Positions 60,501-64,000 of a stretch of DNA of 64,000 nucleotides are shown here, piece after piece (position 1 is the stretch's first letter; each line of letters begins with the position of its first letter). The notes beneath the pieces were generated by a model. It worked only from the letters and a program-made list of their open reading frames with translations, searched no databases and was not told the origin of the DNA. A program made the position numbers and the translations under genes. Source of the DNA: Lepidodermella squamata. Lineage: Eukaryota > Animalia > Gastrotricha. The DNA is taken from assembly GCA_047495785.1 (NCBI GenBank), contig JBLDXI010000012.1:868001-932000 (forward strand), in the 5' to 3' direction.

Positions 60501-63500
60501 ACCATGAGATTTGGACGATGAGAACCATTTCGCATGAAACGCCGTTTTGTCGATCGAGAAGAGTTTGCTAGAAAGGGTTTCCAGCTCTCCCAACACAACT
60601 TCCATCTCACCATAAGTTAGCGAAATTCGCTTCGGCGATACGACCGAATCTAAGAATAATTTTCAATAAGGGAATAGGAGGAAAATTCGAAAATACTTTT
60701 TAAAAAGTTTCAGCGCGTTGCAACGAGTAGAAGGAACAAAGACAGCACCACCTCGAGGTAGCAAATTTCGCCGTCTACAGTTTCCTCGCCGGGTAGACAA
60801 GTAGTGAGCTATCATAACACGAATAGCACTTACTAGTTCGGCCATCAATTCAAAACAATTAGTCTGAAATAACATTTTTGAATACTTGAGCAAATGGTAC
60901 GGATTCTATCACGTCAGAGTCAGACATCAGAGTCAGTGTCACTTCAATTTTCAGTCAGGAATTAGAGCGGCTTCTTTTTCGCCCTTTTCGGCTGCGGCGG
61001 TGGAGCGAAAGGTTGACGAGCTTCCTGCAGCCAGCGAGCGGCGTCGATGACCAATGTTTGAGGCAATCGGCGGCCCTGAATGAAACGCAATTAAAACCAG
61101 CCGAGAAGTTTCAAAGTTTCAAACTCACTTCCGTAGGACTTTCGGGTAGAACGCGGGCGTTCTCGGTTAGGTCATACACGAGTTGGATAGATTTATCCAA
61201 AAGTTCTTCGCGCCATTTCTGTCAGTGAGATGATAAGGCGAGTGTAACTTGGACGGAAAATACATAGGGAGATAAAATGCCTACCAATTCCCGCTCGTTC
61301 AGAGGACCCAAAACACTGCCCTGTGGAACACCGGATGACACATGTGACCAATCAGAAGAAGCATTATTTACACAAACGCGCTGCTTACGAAGGATGAGAA
61401 AATTTTTAATCCAGTCTAGCAGTAATCCTTCAAAGCCATAATTACGTAATTTATCCAACAGTTTGATATGAGATACTGAGTCGAAAGCTTTTTTAGATCA
61501 AAGTATATACAATCAGTATAATCTCCACGGTCAAGCGTCTTCGACCAGTCATTCACAGACTCCAATAGTTGTAGTTCGGTATTGCGACCAGGTAAAAAAC
61601 CGAATTGCTCAGAAGATATTAGATTATTTTTCAATAAAAATGATAGCATGTTGAATCTAACAACAGATTCCATGATTTTACATGGGACACTAGTTAGGCT
61701 GATAGGTCTATAATTCTCAGCGGAAGAAGAGGATCCAGACCCTTGATAAATAGGAATTACATTAGCAATCTTCCAAAGGGTAGGCAATTGAGATGTTTCA
61801 AAACTAGCAGAGAATATTAGAGAAAGTGGAACAGATAGGAGCTTCTGACAAGTTTCTAAGGATAGCTGGGTTGATACAATCTGGACCCATTGAGGTGTTG
61901 ACATCAATTTTTCTTAGAAAAGATTCAATAATATTTTGAGGAAATTCTACACGCTACATCGGTGATTTTATATTAATATTAGAAGTCGGGACGGGCGAAT
62001 TGTTATCAACAGTAAAGACAGAGGAGAAAAAGTCATTGAGCACTTTAGACTTTGATTCATCCGATGATATAATACTACCATCATTTAAACGGAGACTCGG
62101 GATCGACGGCCTAGATTTCAGGCGGCTATTTGCATACTTATAGAAACACTTAATTTTACCGTTGTTCAATATGTTCAATTCATGATTTGCTCGAAAATTC
62201 AATTCAATCAACCGAGGATCAAGGAAAACGGAGCAGTGTCCAGTTAGGTTGAAATTCGAACGCCTTCAAGTGAATAATTATAAAATAAAAATTGAAAAAA
62301 TTCAAATAAAATATTACTGTTTCTTCTTATCCGCTTCCGTTTTCTGGCTTGAAATCACGCCAATAGAAACGAGAATGGACTGGGCTGTGCGGAGAGCGCT
62401 TTCGTAAAATGTTTTGTAGAAGTCTTTTCGCAGCGTCAGGCATTTGCTGAAGCAAGTCTGCATCCCGGCTAGGTCGTGGGCGGCGAGAGAATCAGCGGCG
62501 ATCGCGACTAAAATGCATTGAGCTGTACCGTCGGATATTTCGAAAACTCGCTGAAGTTCTCCGAGGACTCTTGCTAGGATGACGTCCAGATCTAAAACAA
62601 AATAAAATTCATATTTCAAATTTTAAAATATATTAAAATTCAGAAATATGCTTGAAATTGGGAAATTTGATCGATGGAAATTTACGAGTCACTTGCACTT
62701 TTCTCAATATCTTTGCCGAGATCAGCGGCTTTTGCGATGGCGAGAAGAAAGACATTAGACGCTGGATTGCATTGACCAGCTTCGGCGAGGCTCCACGAAA
62801 ATATCGCATATTTTTGATGCGGTGCGAAAGGCCCAATGGCATTTGCAAACGTCATCTCGTCGTAAAAAATGATGAGCGGAATGACGAAAGTGGCCATGGT
62901 TAGGGTGATAAGCCTTTGCACTCGGCTTCCATGGATGACAGATCGAAAGCAATTCACGTTTTTACCGAGTTCTAGTAGCCTCGATTTAGCGAATTGCGCA
63001 GTGAAATCCGAGCTTTGCGGAAGAATAGCAGTGATTTGAGGTTCAATTGGCAAGTAGAGGAAATTTCCGATTTCTTCAGGTTCAACATCAGCCCATTGAA
63101 CATAGGTGGTAAACACGGCCGCAAACCACTTCGATGTCAGCCGCTAACAGCAATGTTTTCCCTTAGACTTTCAATGGCAGCATAAGCACTTGATGGGTCA
63201 TGAGTGTAAGCTGCATATGTGGATACTTCAAATAACTGCGTTAGCCGAGGCTAGTAGAGCACACGCCACTCAAAACTTGATTTGACATTTGACATTTGAT
63301 TTGTAACGTTCGCATTGCTGATGTTTTTAGGCCCGAGTTCCCCAACGTAAAACGATTGCCGTTTTTCCTGACCAGCTTTCACTTGACCGATGAATCTTTA
63401 GATTTCACTGTTCTCTGATCCATAGGGTTCCACAGTGCATTCGGCCAATGCTGTTTTTACTACATCGGAGGCGAATGAAGACCTCTCTTGCAACGAATGA

Positions 63501-64000
63501 AAAACAAACGCATGATTCGTTAAGGATGGGCACAATTATAGCAATTTTCCAAGCAAGAAGAACGATCCCGCAGTTTAGGCTAACCTTGTACAGCCAGCGC
63601 AAATGTTTGACCGAAAGCAGTACCTCCTTTTTTCAGAAGTACATTTGAGACGTTTTCGTGACATGGATTGGGTTAGGGTCAGGCTTAATTATTTTTGCTT
63701 ATTGATTAGTAAAATAAATAAATAATTTATAAAATATAAATAGATAATATAAATTACAAATTATATTAAATTAGAATTATTAATTATATAGGTATTCAAT
63801 TTATATGAATTTATACGAATACATATTTAATAATTATGAATTTTCAGAATGCCAACACGCCTATTAGCGCTTTTGCGAAATTGACGCAACTTTTCTCGAT
63901 TATTCGTGACAAAAGCGCCGGTTCAGTTTCGGTCACAACCTGGTCGCTGGCGGCTTACACCTGTATCGCCCGTATCATCACCCTGAAAATGGAAATGGAA
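57564..64000 (+). CDS. SLC66A3: PQ-loop protein SLC66A3/PQLC3, running off the window end (introns 57799-57864, 58005-63847)
   Basis: LKMPQL..KSVKGLS..LMLEL. Exon 3 ISAFAKLTQL..SAGSVSVTTWSLAAYTCIARIIT matches PQLC3. Confidence 0.85.
58125..58663 (-). mobile_element. Degenerate hAT transposase (ZMYM1/DUF4371-like) fragment
   Basis: VIKFLAEQGLAFRG..NNGNYFGLIESISQFDPVLAH; hAT-like terminus agggccggatta at ~58125. Confidence 0.75.
61280..62211 (-). mobile_element. Frameshifted CR1/L2-type LINE reverse transcriptase fragment
   Basis: LWKIANVIPI, ENYRPISLTSVPCKIME, QFGFLPGR, SGVPQGSVLGP across three frames. Confidence 0.9.
62314..63116 (-). mobile_element. Degenerate CMC/EnSpm-like transposase fragments
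   Basis: IFYDEMTFANAIG..HQKY..WSL and IAADSLAAHDLAG resemble motifs of animal CACTA-like transposases. Confidence 0.55.

Overview
Eukaryotic, most likely invertebrate metazoan, genomic DNA from a compact genome. Most introns are GT-AG and 34-66 nt; the few long ones (0.5-5.8 kb) mostly carry repeats or transposon debris. I cannot name the taxon. The left two thirds is an accessory-like neighbourhood with three interleaved paralog pairs: secreted, extremely basic K/R/G/S proteins; pancreatic-type lipases; and giant alpha-crystallin/small heat-shock proteins. It also holds a GT-A-like protein, an alpha/beta hydrolase, an HSD17B12-like SDR, an ~1805-aa secreted multi-lectin, a SOCS-box protein, several orphan secreted or membrane proteins, a tRNA-Asp/U3 snoRNA cassette and many MITEs. 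Two MITEs sit inside coding exons. The right third holds stathmin and a tightly packed co-oriented run TRAPPC13-MROH1-ANAPC5-SLC66A3 that looks like a trans-spliced operon. The most unusual items are: (1) sHSPs with a shared GxxxG-repeat domain, one also carrying nucleoporin-like GLFG/Asn repeats and MEF2 sites; (2) a U3 gene downstream of tRNA-Asp, ending in TTTT, with a duplicated U3 upstream element and a box-A-deleted U3 5' fragment leading into the tRNA; (3) split F-type lectin domains with other domains nested inside them. Gene models were spliced by eye and no database searches were run.
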